A DNA stretch of 64,000 nt from Somniosus microcephalus. Lineage: Eukaryota. The notes under the pieces were generated by a model. That model searched no databases. It had not been told where the DNA came from and saw only the letters and a list, made by a program, of their open reading frames with translations. Where the stretch lies: the NCBI GenBank assembly GCA_052327205.1, contig CM126222.1, positions 74,214,001 through 74,278,000 of the forward strand, written 5' to 3'. Position numbers and translations under genes: made by a program. Below, one piece after another: positions 42,786 to 54,682 of this stretch. Within the stretch, counting starts at the first letter, position 1. Each line of letters begins with the position of its first letter.

Positions 42786-43547
42786 AGCGCAGTGCAGCGA
42801 GTTAAGTGCAAGATGATGGCAAAGGTCACATCATCCAATATAGTCACCTCAGCCTCTGGAAGAATTTAAACTACTTAAAGGTTATTTTATCTCTTAAAAG
42901 TGGAAATAACCTTCATGCCCATATGAATCTTTACTAGAGCATATTTCGTGCTGAGACTTTCCCAGGGATTTTACTGACTGTCTAGATAATCTCTGAAATA
43001 GTGTCTACTGAGGGATGAAATTCATATTCCCTAGAGAGTCTGTTAACATGTTGTCTGTCTCTCCAATTGTGTTGTGTGTAGTTATTGGGAGTAGAGTGCA
43101 CCCCTCTTACGAGCTAGGGTAGCTAAAAAAAAAATAATCACATTTTATAAACGGCTTCATGGATAATCTGTGCTTTAATTGCCAGAGCTCTGCAAATGTT
43201 TTTGGTGTATTAGTGGTCCTTGATGGGGTAAATTGATTTTCACCCAACCCCCATCCCATTTTTTACAGCAAGTTTAAAGAACAAATACTCCTGGCCAGAT
43301 GTAGCTTTAATTGGGAGTAAAGCCCCCTCTACCATCTGCTGTAGTCCCAGCTGAAACATTCCTTGCTGCACTAATTATATTTTCCTTTCCCATCCTTGTG
43401 GGTTGTATGAAGAAGATTACCAATAAATGGCTTGTGTTTTTTCTTTGCTGCATGCTCAAAACCAGGACTGGGTGCAACTGCCCAAATGGCGTTCTTTAGG
43501 AGTCTTGGTAAACGTTCATAGCAGTCACTTTACTAGCAAGGCCTTGA

Positions 43548-43850
43548 AGAAAGAACTTTCATTTATATAGAGCCTTTCAGAATCTCAAAGAGCTTTGCAG
43601 CCAATGAAGTACATCTGAAGCGTAGCCACTGTTGTAATGTAGGAAACGTGACAGCCAATTTGCCCGCAGCAAGCTCCCACAAACGGCCATGAAATAAAGA
43701 ACCAGATAATCTGTTTTGCTGATGTTGGTTGAAGAATAAATATTGGCCCGGACACCGGGGAGAACTCCTGCTCTTCAAAGTAGTACCATGGCATCTTTTA
43801 CACCAACTTGAGAGGGCAGATGTATGTTTTATGTCTCGTCCGAAAGAGGA
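43548..43850 (-). mobile_element. Deu-domain SINE
   Basis: gccaatgaagtac...gtaggaaacgtgacagccaatttgcccgcagcaagctcccacaaac. Confidence 0.8.
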
Positions 43851-43954
43851 GACTGAAGAACTGGTTACATAACTTACACTACTGAAGAAACCCAACTGAG
43901 GGTGGTATTTTTAAATAAAATCTAAATGTGATATTTACTGTTTACTGTTGGGAC

Positions 43955-44131
43955 CTGCGTTCCCACTAAGGTGTGTGCACGCACGCGCGGCTGCGCAGTG
44001 GTCTGAAGTGTTCCGAGCAGGCCGCTCACCGGCTTTTACATTGTGGATACCGCACATGGACAAATTTGAATGGGCTGCGCCTTGAGGGAAGCAGACCGCA
44101 CAGGAGGCAGTGCAGCTTATGGGGGACATTG
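43955..44131. mobile_element. hAT-type MITE (177 bp)
   Basis: 8-bp TSD GTTGGGAC (43947-43954, 44132-44139); imperfect TIRs ctgcgttcccactaag / cttatgggggacattg. Confidence 0.85.
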
Positions 44132-44217
44132 GTTGGGACACCAGTATCAGCAGTGAGAGCAAGTGTGAATGAGACATTTCAGATGAGCACTTCATTTAAT
44201 TTTTTTTTTAAACACAG

Positions 44218-44306
44218 CTGTAAAAGATTCTCTAACAACTGAACTTCAAACTAGAAAGGAGCAAGTTTCAATGGAACCACGACAGAAATTAAGGATATTT
44301 TATCAG
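44218..44306 (+). CDS. SUZ12: SUZ12 exon 11 equivalent (89 nt)
   Basis: acacag|CT...TCAG|gtacag; VKDSLTTELQTRKEQVSMEPRQKLRIFYQ. Confidence 0.95.
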
Positions 44307-44696
44307 GTACAGTAAAAAAAAAAAAAAAAAAAAAGTGTGTCCTTAGGTTTCAAAGTGTGTGTTTGGTGTTGCAGATTATCCAGACGTGCACTGGCAGTGA
44401 GTGAAACGCCTGCTACAATCTGTGATCGTGCTTCAATGCTCTTGTAGGAACGTTAAATGTTGGGCTTGTTTTTCTGGAGGCAGGAGGAGGAAGAATTTGT
44501 TTTCAGCTAGAGTTAAGGATTGGAGGGCAGGCCCACGGGCATTTGTTGTGCACTGGGGCTGCTTGCTGGGTGTAGGCCGCAGGTGAGTTGGAATGTTTGG
44601 CCACAGTAAATTAAGTCATACACTGTATGAGGGCAGGGTTCTTGGAGGTAGAGGAGTGTTAATTGTACAGCACCATTTTTAACCTTGAACAAATTA

Positions 44697-44905
44697 TAGA
44701 ATCATCAAATGATACAGCACAGAAGGAGGCCATTCGGCCCACCGTGCCTGTGCTGGCTCTTTGAAAAAGCTCTCCAATTAGTCCCACTCCTCCCTGCTCT
44801 CTTTCCCATAGCCCTGCAGCTTTTTGTCCTTTCAAGTATTTATCCCATTCCCTTTTCAATGTTACTATTGAATCTGCTTCCACTGCCCTTTTGAGGCAAT
44901 GCATT
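44697..44905 (-). mobile_element. CR1-type 3' tail fragment
   Basis: atagaatcat...acagcacagaaggaggccattcggccc...attgaatctgcttccactgccc. Confidence 0.75.
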
Positions 44906-45081
44906 GTTCAGCTTCAATACAATGCAACCTCTCTTGGAGGTGACTTGTCCTTAACAGCCAGTTCTCTGCCTTCATGTTAAGCTTGTTATCACGACCCAGT
45001 CCGGTATTGGATTTCTTGTAGCAGGGCTCAAAGCAGTTTTGAATAATTCTGATGTCTTTGTAGTAATCTCCAAACTGTCTA

Positions 45082-45392
45082 CAGGAAACTTTGTGTTATC
45101 CGGAGGCTAAATGTCCGGCAAGCTCGAGCCACCGGCAAAAATCAGGAGCCGTTTTTTTTCTTTTCGTTGCTTTTTTCTCAACAGTTAAGCACTGCAAGGT
45201 CTGTAGCTAAGCAACAGCTTCAGCTAGAGACGCTTGCCGACTGTTTAGAAGCTGTTGCAAAGCGACAGGGTTTGTTGATTCACACGGAGTTGAAAATCGC
45301 CGTATGTTTCAACATTAGCGCTGGAGTGTCCGGCAGTTTTGAGGGAACGGCAGCAGCTCGGTCCCGTCGGTGCTGGATAGCACAGTTTCCTG
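45082..45392. mobile_element. Tc1/mariner (Tigger/pogo-like) MITE, 311 bp
   Basis: TA|CAGGAAACTTTGTGTTATCCGG ... CTGGATAGCACAGTTTCCTG|TA; TA TSD; CpG-rich interior. Confidence 0.85.
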
Positions 45393-46069
45393 TAGTTCTA
45401 AAATTATTTCAGTTTCATTAGTGTGTCTTTTAGTTATTGCTCAATTCAATGCTTTTTTTAAAAATAGTTCACTGTTCAGAGTTGCCGAGTTTTTTTTTAA
45501 CCTGTGTACTTTAATCTGTCAAAGGCAACTGAACAATCTTTGTTTTTAAATGGCCCTATTCTCTACCGACCTTTCACTCCCAACTGCATTAAGCACCCAC
45601 AGACCAAACATGGAATGGCTGTTTTTTGTGGATGGATAGCCCACCCTGAACAGTGCCCTCATAGATGTGCTTAAACCTGATCGCTTGCCACTTTGCCAGT
45701 GGACCAATGACAATACTTCAGTGGCCTGCTCAAATGGCGCAGGCCCTGATCTGCCAGAGCCTGTTATGATTCAGTTCATATGTAGTCCTTAGTTATTCTT
45801 CATACTTCAGTGGTTTACTCTACCCAGATCTTGTTAATTAGACTTGTCTAAACCCAGCCGTTCCACTTTGAGGTTTCTATTCGACTGTAATGGGAAATTA
45901 TAGTGGAGGAAAATTGGGAATCAATTAGTTTGTCATTAATTATGACTTCCAGGTAGGTTAAACAAATTGCCATTTTGTTAGCAATAAATTTAGGCTTTAG
46001 ACTTTCCTAGTTGGTGACTTCCAGACACCCAGCTGATGTCAGTCGCGATGTATGCTAAGTTGGGTTTAA

Positions 46070-46279
<210 letters not shown>

Positions 46280-47124
46280 TGAAGCCTCTTAAAGGGAACT
46301 CTGAGCTTGCTGAGTAGCCATGGTGCTGTCTTTTTTTGCTCTTTGCAAGATTTCTTCTTTTCCTCCTCCTTTTGCTGCACACCCTCTGATACCTCATCCA
46401 AGACATAATCGATCATGATTAAACCCAAACAGGTGTTTGACTGGAGGGCTCTGCAGTGATCACTCTAAGGAGCATTGGCATTTGTAGCACACTGACCCTG
46501 CCTTGGCTGTGATCAGGTGACTCTGCACAGGCTGGGAATTCAACCTGGAACTTAAGGTGCCTTTACTCAAACGGCCATTAAGGAAGCAGTGATTTTTTAA
46601 TTCAAATTTGCTAACTCTGAAATGCCTTATTTTTTATCAATGCCATGGATTCCTGTTGACCATAGGATTGAAAATGCTTTTTGCATCTTTGCAGTTTAAG
46701 CACCAGGTAACTTCTTGGTATCCAATGTACTTTTGTCCCAAGATGTAAATAATCTGAATTCCCCATGTGTTGAGGAATATGAAAGATCAACTTCGAAGAG
46801 GCTGTAGTTTTATTGGATGTAGGATTCAGTAAATCTACTTCCATTGCTTTTTAATTGGCCAACTTTGAAACTGGATTAAGTGGCTCAAGTTGTTTCCCCC
46901 ATTATGTCCTGCAGACACTGACTCATGAATATTGTTGAATGCTGGTTGGCATTAGAGCATGCATATTATCATATGTGAGTCGCATCCATTTATAGATACG
47001 AGATCGCCTTTAAAGTAGTGGTTGCTCTGTGTAGTCTGGGTTAGTTCTGCAGCTGCCTGTCAGTCCAGAAGCCTGCTGTTGACTTTCAGCGTTCTAATGC
47101 TGACATAACTTGGCAGCACGGTGG

Positions 47125-47307
47125 TGTAGTGTCCGTGTGTAGATAAAGACACTGAAGACAGGAGTTGGTTCATAGGTATTTACTAAGCAAGTCTGGCGGG
47201 GGGGGGGGGGTTTCTAAAGGATATACACAATACACAGGCTTATATAGCCCAAGTGGCAATTACCGGCATTACGCACACCTGGGGCTCTTAAAGGCACATA
47301 CACCACA
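47125..47307 (-). repeat. 3' LTR (183 bp)
   Basis: Direct repeat of 51803-51987; differs only in the G-run (one substitution, 2 nt shorter). Confidence 0.97.
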
Positions 47308-47321
47308 ATTCCTCCCCTTCT
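47308..47321 (-). promoter_or_regulatory. Polypurine tract AGAAGGGGAGGAAT
   Basis: Immediately precedes the 3' LTR on the minus strand. Confidence 0.9.
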
Positions 47322-47397
47322 AGCTAACTAGTACATCATATTTTAAGTAATTATTAATTACATGTTATATGCAAAATAATATACATTGCTGTATTAA

Positions 47398-50300
47398 TTA
47401 ATTATAAGTTAGTCTCTCAGGAGGCTTCCTGACTCGGTCCGGATAACGCCTCGGGGGTGTAGTAGTTTCTGGTGGTGTAGTAGGTTCTTCTGGCCAGGCT
47501 GATTCGGCTTGAAGGCCAGTGTCGGGTTCATCGGGCTCCAGTATCACCGGATCGGAGGTAGATATGGGTATCTCTACTTCATCGTTAGATGTATAGAGTG
47601 GTGGTGTAGGTTGTCCCTTTTCGGATGACTTGATGATTTGGTCAGCATGGCGCCTTATTATGCTGTCTCCGATGTCCACGGTATACATCAGTGGTCCTAA
47701 TCGTGTGCAGATAGTTCCAGGCTGCCATTTCTCGGTACGGTAGTCCCGGGCCAAAACCGGTTGGCCTATCTGGAAGGCCCTAGTTGGCCTTTCATTCATG
47801 CCCTGAAACTGCCGGTTCTCCACGTCCCTTCGGATGTTGGGCTTGACCAAATCCAGCCGGCATCTTAGGTTTCTATTGTAGAACATCATGGCGGGAGTTT
47901 GGTTAGTAACCATATGCGTTGCATTCCTATATGCAAACAAGAAGTTATCCACCTTGTGCTGAAGTTTTATGTCTTCATTACCCATGGCCTTGATGGCCTT
48001 CTTGAAGGTCTGGACAAACCTTTCAGCCAATCCATTGGTGGCGGGATGGTATGGGGCGGACGTGTAGTGCTTTACCCCATTGTTCTTTAAGAACTTTCTG
48101 AATTCTTCGGACACAAATTGCGGTCCATTATCAGAACATATCTGCTCCGGCAGCCCATTCCTGGCAAATATGGTCCTTAATACTGTGATGGTTTTTTCCG
48201 TGGTGGTGGAGGACATCTTTATTACCTCCGGCCACTTGGAGTGTGCATCAACTGCGATTAAGAACATTGAGTCCATAAATGGACCAGCAAAGTCGATGTG
48301 CACCCTTTGCCAGGGAGATGAGGGCCACTCCCATGGATGTAGAGGGGCCTGTGGCGGAGCATTTTGGACCTTCTGGCATCCTAGGCAGCTCTTGGTCATG
48401 TCTTCGATGTCTCCATCGATACCTGGCCACCATACAAATGCCCTAGCTAGGTTCTTCATTTTCACTCCACCCAGATGCCCCTCGTGAAGCTCCTTTAGCA
48501 CTTTATCCTGGAGTTTGGGTGGAATCACCACTCTGGATCCACACATCAAGGTTCCTCGGCACACTGACAGCTGTTCTCTTCTTTGCGAGAATGCTGGCAA
48601 CAGTGGTTCGCCATGTGCTGGCCATCCCTTCACTGTTAAATCGTAGACCCGTGAGAGAGTAGGGTCATTTCTGGTCTCCCTTTCAATGGCAGAATTTGTC
48701 ACCGGTAGACATTCCACTATGGTAGAGTGGAATATCTCTACTGGGTCTACTGTAGGTGCCTCTTCTATCGTTGGCAACGGTAGGCGTGATAAACCGTCAG
48801 CATTCCCATGCTGTTTTGACCCTTTGTATTCAATGTTGTATTGGTGTGCCCCGAGAAAAAGGGACCACCTCTGTAGTCTTTGTGCCGTCATAATGGGGAC
48901 ACCTTTTTTAGGGTTGAATATGGAGATGAGGGGTTGATGGTCAGTCAGCAAGGTAAATTTTTGTCCGTGTAGGTAATGGTTGAATTTCTTCACTCCCCAT
49001 ACCAGGCTGAGTGCTTCCCTGTCTATCTGGGCATAGTTACGCTCAGCTGAGTTCAATGAGCGTGACGCAAAAGCTATCGGCCGTTCCGAGCCATCAGGGA
49101 ATCTATGGGACAATACCGCTCCTATGCCGTAAGGGGATGCATCGCACGCCAGTCTGATTGGTAGTGATGGGTTGTAATGAGCCAAAATTTTCTCGGATGT
49201 GATTAAGTCTTTACATTTATGGAAGGCACGTTTACAGTCGTCTTTCCATTTCCAAATCACTCCTGTCTGTAGAAGATCATTAAGAGGGTGTAGAATAGTT
49301 GATAAGTTCGGTAAAAATTTATGATAGTAATTTATTAATCCCAGGAATGACCTTAATTGTGAAACATTTTCAGGTGCTGGGGCTTTTATAACTGCTTCAA
49401 TTTTTTCAGGTGACTTATGCAACCCTTCCTTATTAATTATGTGGCCACAATATGATATCTGATTTTGGAAAAATTCGCACTTGGGGCGATTTGCTCGTAG
49501 GCCCCGTTCTTTCAGCCTAGTGAGCACCTGCTCCAAATTGGCAAGGTGCTCGTTGTCGTTTTCTCCTGTTATACGGATGTCGTCTAGGTAGCATTGAGTC
49601 CCTGGAATCCCTTGCAGGACTTGCTCCATAGCTCTTTGCCAGATAGCTGGAGCTGATGCTATTCCAAAAACCAGTCGATTGTACTGGTACAGGCCTTTGT
49701 GTGTGTTTATTGTGAGATACTTTTTAGAGGTCTCCTCAACCTCCATCTGTAGATATGCCTGTGCCAAGTCAATTTTTGTGAAACGTTTCCCTCCAGATAG
49801 TGAGGCGAAAATATCTTCTATCCTTGGAAGAGGATACTGTACCGTGTGAAGGACCGGGTTTACAGTCACCTTAAAGTCCCCACAGATGCGAATTTTTTCC
49901 TGTTCCTCGGAGTTATTTTTCAATGTTTTTTTCATGACTGGAACGATGGGTGTTGCCCATTCGCTCCAATCTATTTTGGATAATACGCCTGCCTTTTCCA
50001 AATTCTTCAGCTCTGCCTCGACTGCCGGACGTATTGCGTATGGCACCGGTCTTGCCTTAAAATTTTTTGGAATTGCTGTATCTTCCACTTTTATTGAGGC
50101 GGTGATGCCTTTCAAGGTTCCTAGTTTCTCTTGAAACACTTCTTTGGTGTTGGCCAAGATGTCTTTTAATCGTTCAGGTATGATGTCATCATTGTTTTTT
50201 TCCTTATTGGTCACCGTCAGTGCCTGAATGGAGTGCCAGTCTACACGTATCTTCCTTATCCATTCACGTCCCAACAACGGTGGACCACCATCTTGTAGAA

Positions 50301-51379
50301 TGTATAAATACAACTTTTGTATTTCTTTGCCGTTGTATACCACAGGCACCCTTATTTTTCCTTTGGGGTAGACTTTCTGCCCCGTATATGTTTTTAAGAT
50401 AATGGATGTGTCTTTTAGAGGTATATGCGAAAATAGCCTCTCGTAATCTCGTCGATTTATTACGGTTAGAGCTGATCCTGTATCTAGCTCCATTTTAACT
50501 GGGGACCCTGCTATTGTGAGGGTAACCCAAATGGTTTGGTAATCCTCTTTGGCAAGTACATTATGTAATTTGAGACAGCTTAGTCTCTTGTTTCCGGAGT
50601 CGCTATCGCTATTCTGGTCTTCGGAGCTATTGTCCGTCATCATTTGTACCTTCCTGTACTTTTCTTTATTGATTTTTTGTTTTCTGTCAGTGGATTTATT
50701 TTGTCCAGATTGGCATACCCGTGCAATGTGTCCAATCTTACCACATTGCCTGCATGCTTTGCCCTTGAACCAGCAGTCCCTCTGGTTATGGGTGGATCTG
50801 CCGCAGCGATAACATCTTCCGAACTCCTGTGTCATTTTATGGGTGCCGAAGTCCTGTGTCTCTTGTTGTATCTCTGCAGCTCCTTTTGCTGCTGCTTCGT
50901 ATGATACAGCCATACTGAAAGCTTTGTCCAATGTTAAATCTTTTTCAGAAAGCAGTCTTTTTTGTGTTCCTTCACTTAAGAGACCGCAAACGAATTTGTC
51001 TCGAAGATAATCCGATAGTTCCGAATTGGCAGTACTTTGATAGCTTTCTTAATTCGGTTAGGTAATCAGCGTTACTTTCATTCTTGTGTTGATTTCTCTT
51101 GAAGAACTTGAATCGTTCCGCTATCAGCAGCGGTGTTGGGTTTAAATGCTCCTGCAGGGTATCAACAATTTCTTTAAAAGTCTTGTCCTTTGGTTTGGCT
51201 GGAGTGATTAAATTTCGTAACAGCCCGTATGTCTTCGCGCCCATTAAGTTCAGAAGTACTGAAGCTTTTTTTTCATCTGTTATTCCATTTGCAGTGCAAT
51301 AAACCTCTACTCTTTCCACGTATGTGGTCCAATCTTCTATTTCGCCATCAAAAGCCTCAATATTACCAGATTTAGGCAT
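47398..51379 (-). pseudogene. gag-pol polyprotein with one frameshift near 51019
   Basis: ATG at 51379 (MPKSGNIEAFD...AERFKFFKRNQ...CQFG), frame change, then LSDYLRDKFVCGL continuing into the 1177-aa ORF: CYRCG..H....C and CRQCG..GH....C knuckles, LDTGS protease, YLDD RT, ACDASPYG RNase H, HEGH..C..C plus DDE integrase, C-terminal RRYPDRVRKPPERL. Confidence 0.92.
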
Positions 51380-51790
51380 TTCAGAAAAGATATGGCGCTT
51401 CCCGCGCGCTTTTTTTTCCTGTAGCAACGATATCGCGCTTTCCCGCCGCTGCTACCGATAACAACGCTGTTTTACTGTGGTTCCCGTTTATTCACTGTTG
51501 GAGACTCGTTCCCGACGGAGGTCTAAACGCTGACCTGCTTGCCGCGCCAGCCGTCTCTCGAGTGCACCCTCCCAGTCCGTTATTGCTTGCCTCCGATTTC
51601 GCTGCCTGTCTCCGCTGTGGAGCCCGCCGCTGGAGCTCCAGCCTGACGCCCAGGAAGGATTAGCGCAGTACCTGTCACCAGCTTGGCCAGCTGGTGAAAC
51701 CACAGTTTCTCTTACTTCCTTGAGTGTTCTGGACGCTGGAGGAATCGATGTCCTTGAGGTGCTGCCGAATTGCAGGTAAGTCCGTTTCCA

Positions 51791-51801
51791 CTTCGTCGCC
51801 A
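51791..51801 (-). promoter_or_regulatory. Primer binding site TGGCGACGAAG (tRNA-Ser-like)
   Basis: Begins TGG 1 nt after the 5' LTR; resembles the complement of the tRNA-Ser(GCT) 3' end (TGGCGACGAGG), recalled rather than searched. Confidence 0.8.
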
Positions 51802-51802
51802 C

Positions 51803-51987
51803 TGTAGTGTCCGTGTGTAGATAAAGACACTGAAGACAGGAGTTGGTTCATAGGTATTTACTAAGCAAGTCTGGGGGGGGGGGGGGGGGGTTTCTAAAGG
51901 ATATACACAATACACAGGCTTATATAGCCCAAGTGGCAATTACCGGCATTACGCACACCTGGGGCTCTTAAAGGCACATACACCACA
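51803..51987 (-). repeat. 5' LTR (185 bp)
   Basis: Minus strand TGTGGTG...ACTACA; TATATAA at 51920-51926, AGTAAA at 51857-51862; identical to the other LTR outside the G/C homopolymer. Confidence 0.97.
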
Positions 51988-52332
51988 GGTGGCATAGTGG
52001 TTAGCACTGTTGCCTCACAGCGCCAGGGACCCGGGTTCGAACCCGGCCTCGGGCGACTGTCTGTGCGGAGTTTGCACATTCTCCCCGTGTTTGCGTGGGT
52101 TTCCTCCGGGTGCTCCGGTTTCCTCCCACAGTCCAAAGATGTGCGGGTTAGGTTGATTGGCTATGATAAATTGACCCTTAGTGTTAGGGGGATTAAATAC
52201 GTGGGGTTACGGGGATAGGGTGGGACATGTGTTGGTGTAGGGGTTACGGGGATCGGGTGGGATATGTGTCGGTGCAGGCTCGATGGGCCGAAATGGCCTC
52301 TATCTGCACTGTGGGGTTTCTGTGATTCTGTG
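51988..52332 (+). mobile_element. tRNA-derived V-SINE (HE1-like); its first 13 nt are displaced to 47112-47124 by the LTR element
   Basis: A-box TGGCATAGTGG, B-box GGTTCGAACCC, V-domain gtgggtttcctccgggtgctccggtttcctcccacagtccaaaga, CR1-like tail; TSD ATAACTT at 47105-47111 and 52333-52339. Confidence 0.9.
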
Positions 52333-52374
52333 ATAACTTCTGTAGAATTCTTCATGGCTAACGAGGGCTCATAG

Positions 52375-52566
<192 letters not shown>

Positions 52567-53208
52567 TAAGAACGTTATGGTGCCCTTGTAGTTCCGAGGG
52601 GCACTTGTAAGTTGCTGTATAGGTTCATCAGTAAATTTTAGATTCTTACAATTCAGCTGATTTCCTATTTAATCTTCTGTCCAGCTGACAGGAGAGCTGC
52701 ATTGCCATGTGACCATTGGTGTGTTCAAACTTTCTATGTAAGTGACTCGGTTGCATGCCATGGAGTCTTGGGGGGTGGCGCGCACAGTTCAAATCTGTTC
52801 CCGTTAATATTCTATCTCTAGCTGTGGATGCTAATGGCTCTTGGTGTTCTTCTTTAGGGTTGAGGCAACAGCGCTAAGAAAAGTCAAATAGGACAAAACA
52901 TTGCGTAAAAAAATATAATCTCACAGAATTATGTTGCCTGCTCCTTGAAGTGGCTTGTGGGCTGGAAGTGACCCTTGAGCCACACTATATGCACACTGGT
53001 GTAAACCAAGTCAGGGTGGGGGAAACTAGAATATTTTCCTAGCAAGTTACTGGCAAACTCCAGCGCTTTAGTTGGAGGAGGGGGATGATGGTAACAGTGC
53101 CAAGTAATGAGGAGTAAAATCTAAGAATGTAAAGTTAAATGACTTGGTTATTGAAGCCTTTCTTCTTTGATCCCACCAAGTGGCATGGTGTTCTTGAAGG
53201 TTGAGCGG

Positions 53209-53373
53209 CAAGATTCCTGCTAATTTCTTTTTTGGGTGCACGGTCCCTTTAACAGGCTGTGTGGCTCACTCAAAATTTCGTGCATGCGCGAAATCTCGCA
53301 TTGAGAAGCCGGTGACCGCCCTGCACGAGACCTCCAGATAACTGCGCGGCCACGCAGCTTAGCGGGAAAGTTG
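53209..53373. mobile_element. hAT-type MITE (165 bp)
   Basis: 8-bp TSD TTGAGCGG (53201-53208, 53374-53381); TIRs caagattcctgctaa / ttagcgggaaagttg. Confidence 0.87.
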
Positions 53374-54032
53374 TTGAGCGGGCGAGCAATTTACTTTTGA
53401 CGGTTTGTATCATTGTCACTCTTGAGCCTATCGCGGAGAAGCATTCCGGATTGACCCGGGGATCGAATAACCACATCTTGTGTTGGTGGGGAAGCACGCT
53501 GCCTCCCTTGCCTTTGTTGGCCCAGTTGAGTGGGAACTCTGCGGAATCGGTGTGAGCTTGCATTTGGGTGCAACAATGTAATCCTCAGTCTGCTGCCACT
53601 GAGGCTACTTCTGAAGCTCCCCAGTGGCCTGTTTCGCGACTACGCGGTGTAACATTAAAGCCTACAGAGCAGAAGGTCCCAGGTTCGATGGCCAGTCCCT
53701 GCTGTGTTGGTAGAGCAGGAAGTGGAGTGCTAAGATTAGCCCCTCCAATCCTGGGCGACATTTGGGCCGCCAGTTCTCTGGGAATTGTTTGAGTTGGTAC
53801 CTTCAAGAGGAGGAGGCAGAAAATCGGTTACATCTGTACATCATAGAACACATTGGGTACACTGGGTAAGCAAATGAAAATGAGCAAATGCATGAATATC
53901 TTTAGGCATGTGTTTCAGGGGGAAAGTACTTGTTTGCCTTGTGGGTGTAGAGCATTTATTCTGTGTGTAGTTTGGAACATGAAGGACAATGCATTCAAAT
54001 TAAAAAAAAATAATTTTTGTTTGCCCTTTTGA

Positions 54033-54269
<237 letters not shown>

Positions 54270-54682
54270 TAACGTTTGTTTGGGCGGGTGGGGGCGCGCT
54301 GAGATTACAAGCTGGTTTTTGGTCTTCCATTTAAGAACGTCAGGCAAGAAAAGGCCCCCCGTTACCCTCGGTCTGACTTACCTTCCCTCCTTCCTCTCGA
54401 AAGTGGTGACTCGTGTTGATGCTGACCCCTCATCCATGTGGCCATTCTTTGAGTGTCAGATGAACATTTGGTCTTGTTTTGGGGTTGTGGGATGGAGAAC
54501 AGAACCGCAGCTAAGACTGATCCTATCCTCACTCAGCATCCCTGAAGGGTTCACTGCCTAACATTCAGCAGCCGAAGCTTTGCTTGAATCTCCAGCTCCC
54601 CTCCCCGGCACTACAGGAGCTAATTGTATGACCTTCACCAGAAGTTCAGCTGACTTGGCTTGGAATGTAGACATTGATTTTT

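Larger units (their letters stand above)
47125..51987 (-). mobile_element. Full-length Ty3/gypsy LTR retrotransposon, Mag-like (K02A2.6-like polyprotein)
   Basis: Two LTRs TG...CA, 5-bp TSD GGTGG (47120-47124 and 51988-51992), PBS, PPT, gag-PR-RT-RH-IN order, two CCHC knuckles; clade assignment is inference. Confidence 0.97.

Noticed and set aside
47398-47620. Chromodomain or env-like extension after the integrase
   Set aside because: The C-terminus is a Pro/Thr/Glu-rich linker ending RRYPDRVRKPPERL, and under 80 nt separate the stop from the PPT
51488-51802. 104-aa ORF in the retrotransposon leader as an extra gene
   Set aside because: Starts at a GTG overlapping the PBS, lies in GC-rich sequence where stop-free stretches are expected, and has no recognisable motif
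51988-52050. tRNA gene
   Set aside because: A/B boxes are present but the sequence continues into a V-domain and LINE-like tail with a TSD; it is a SINE head
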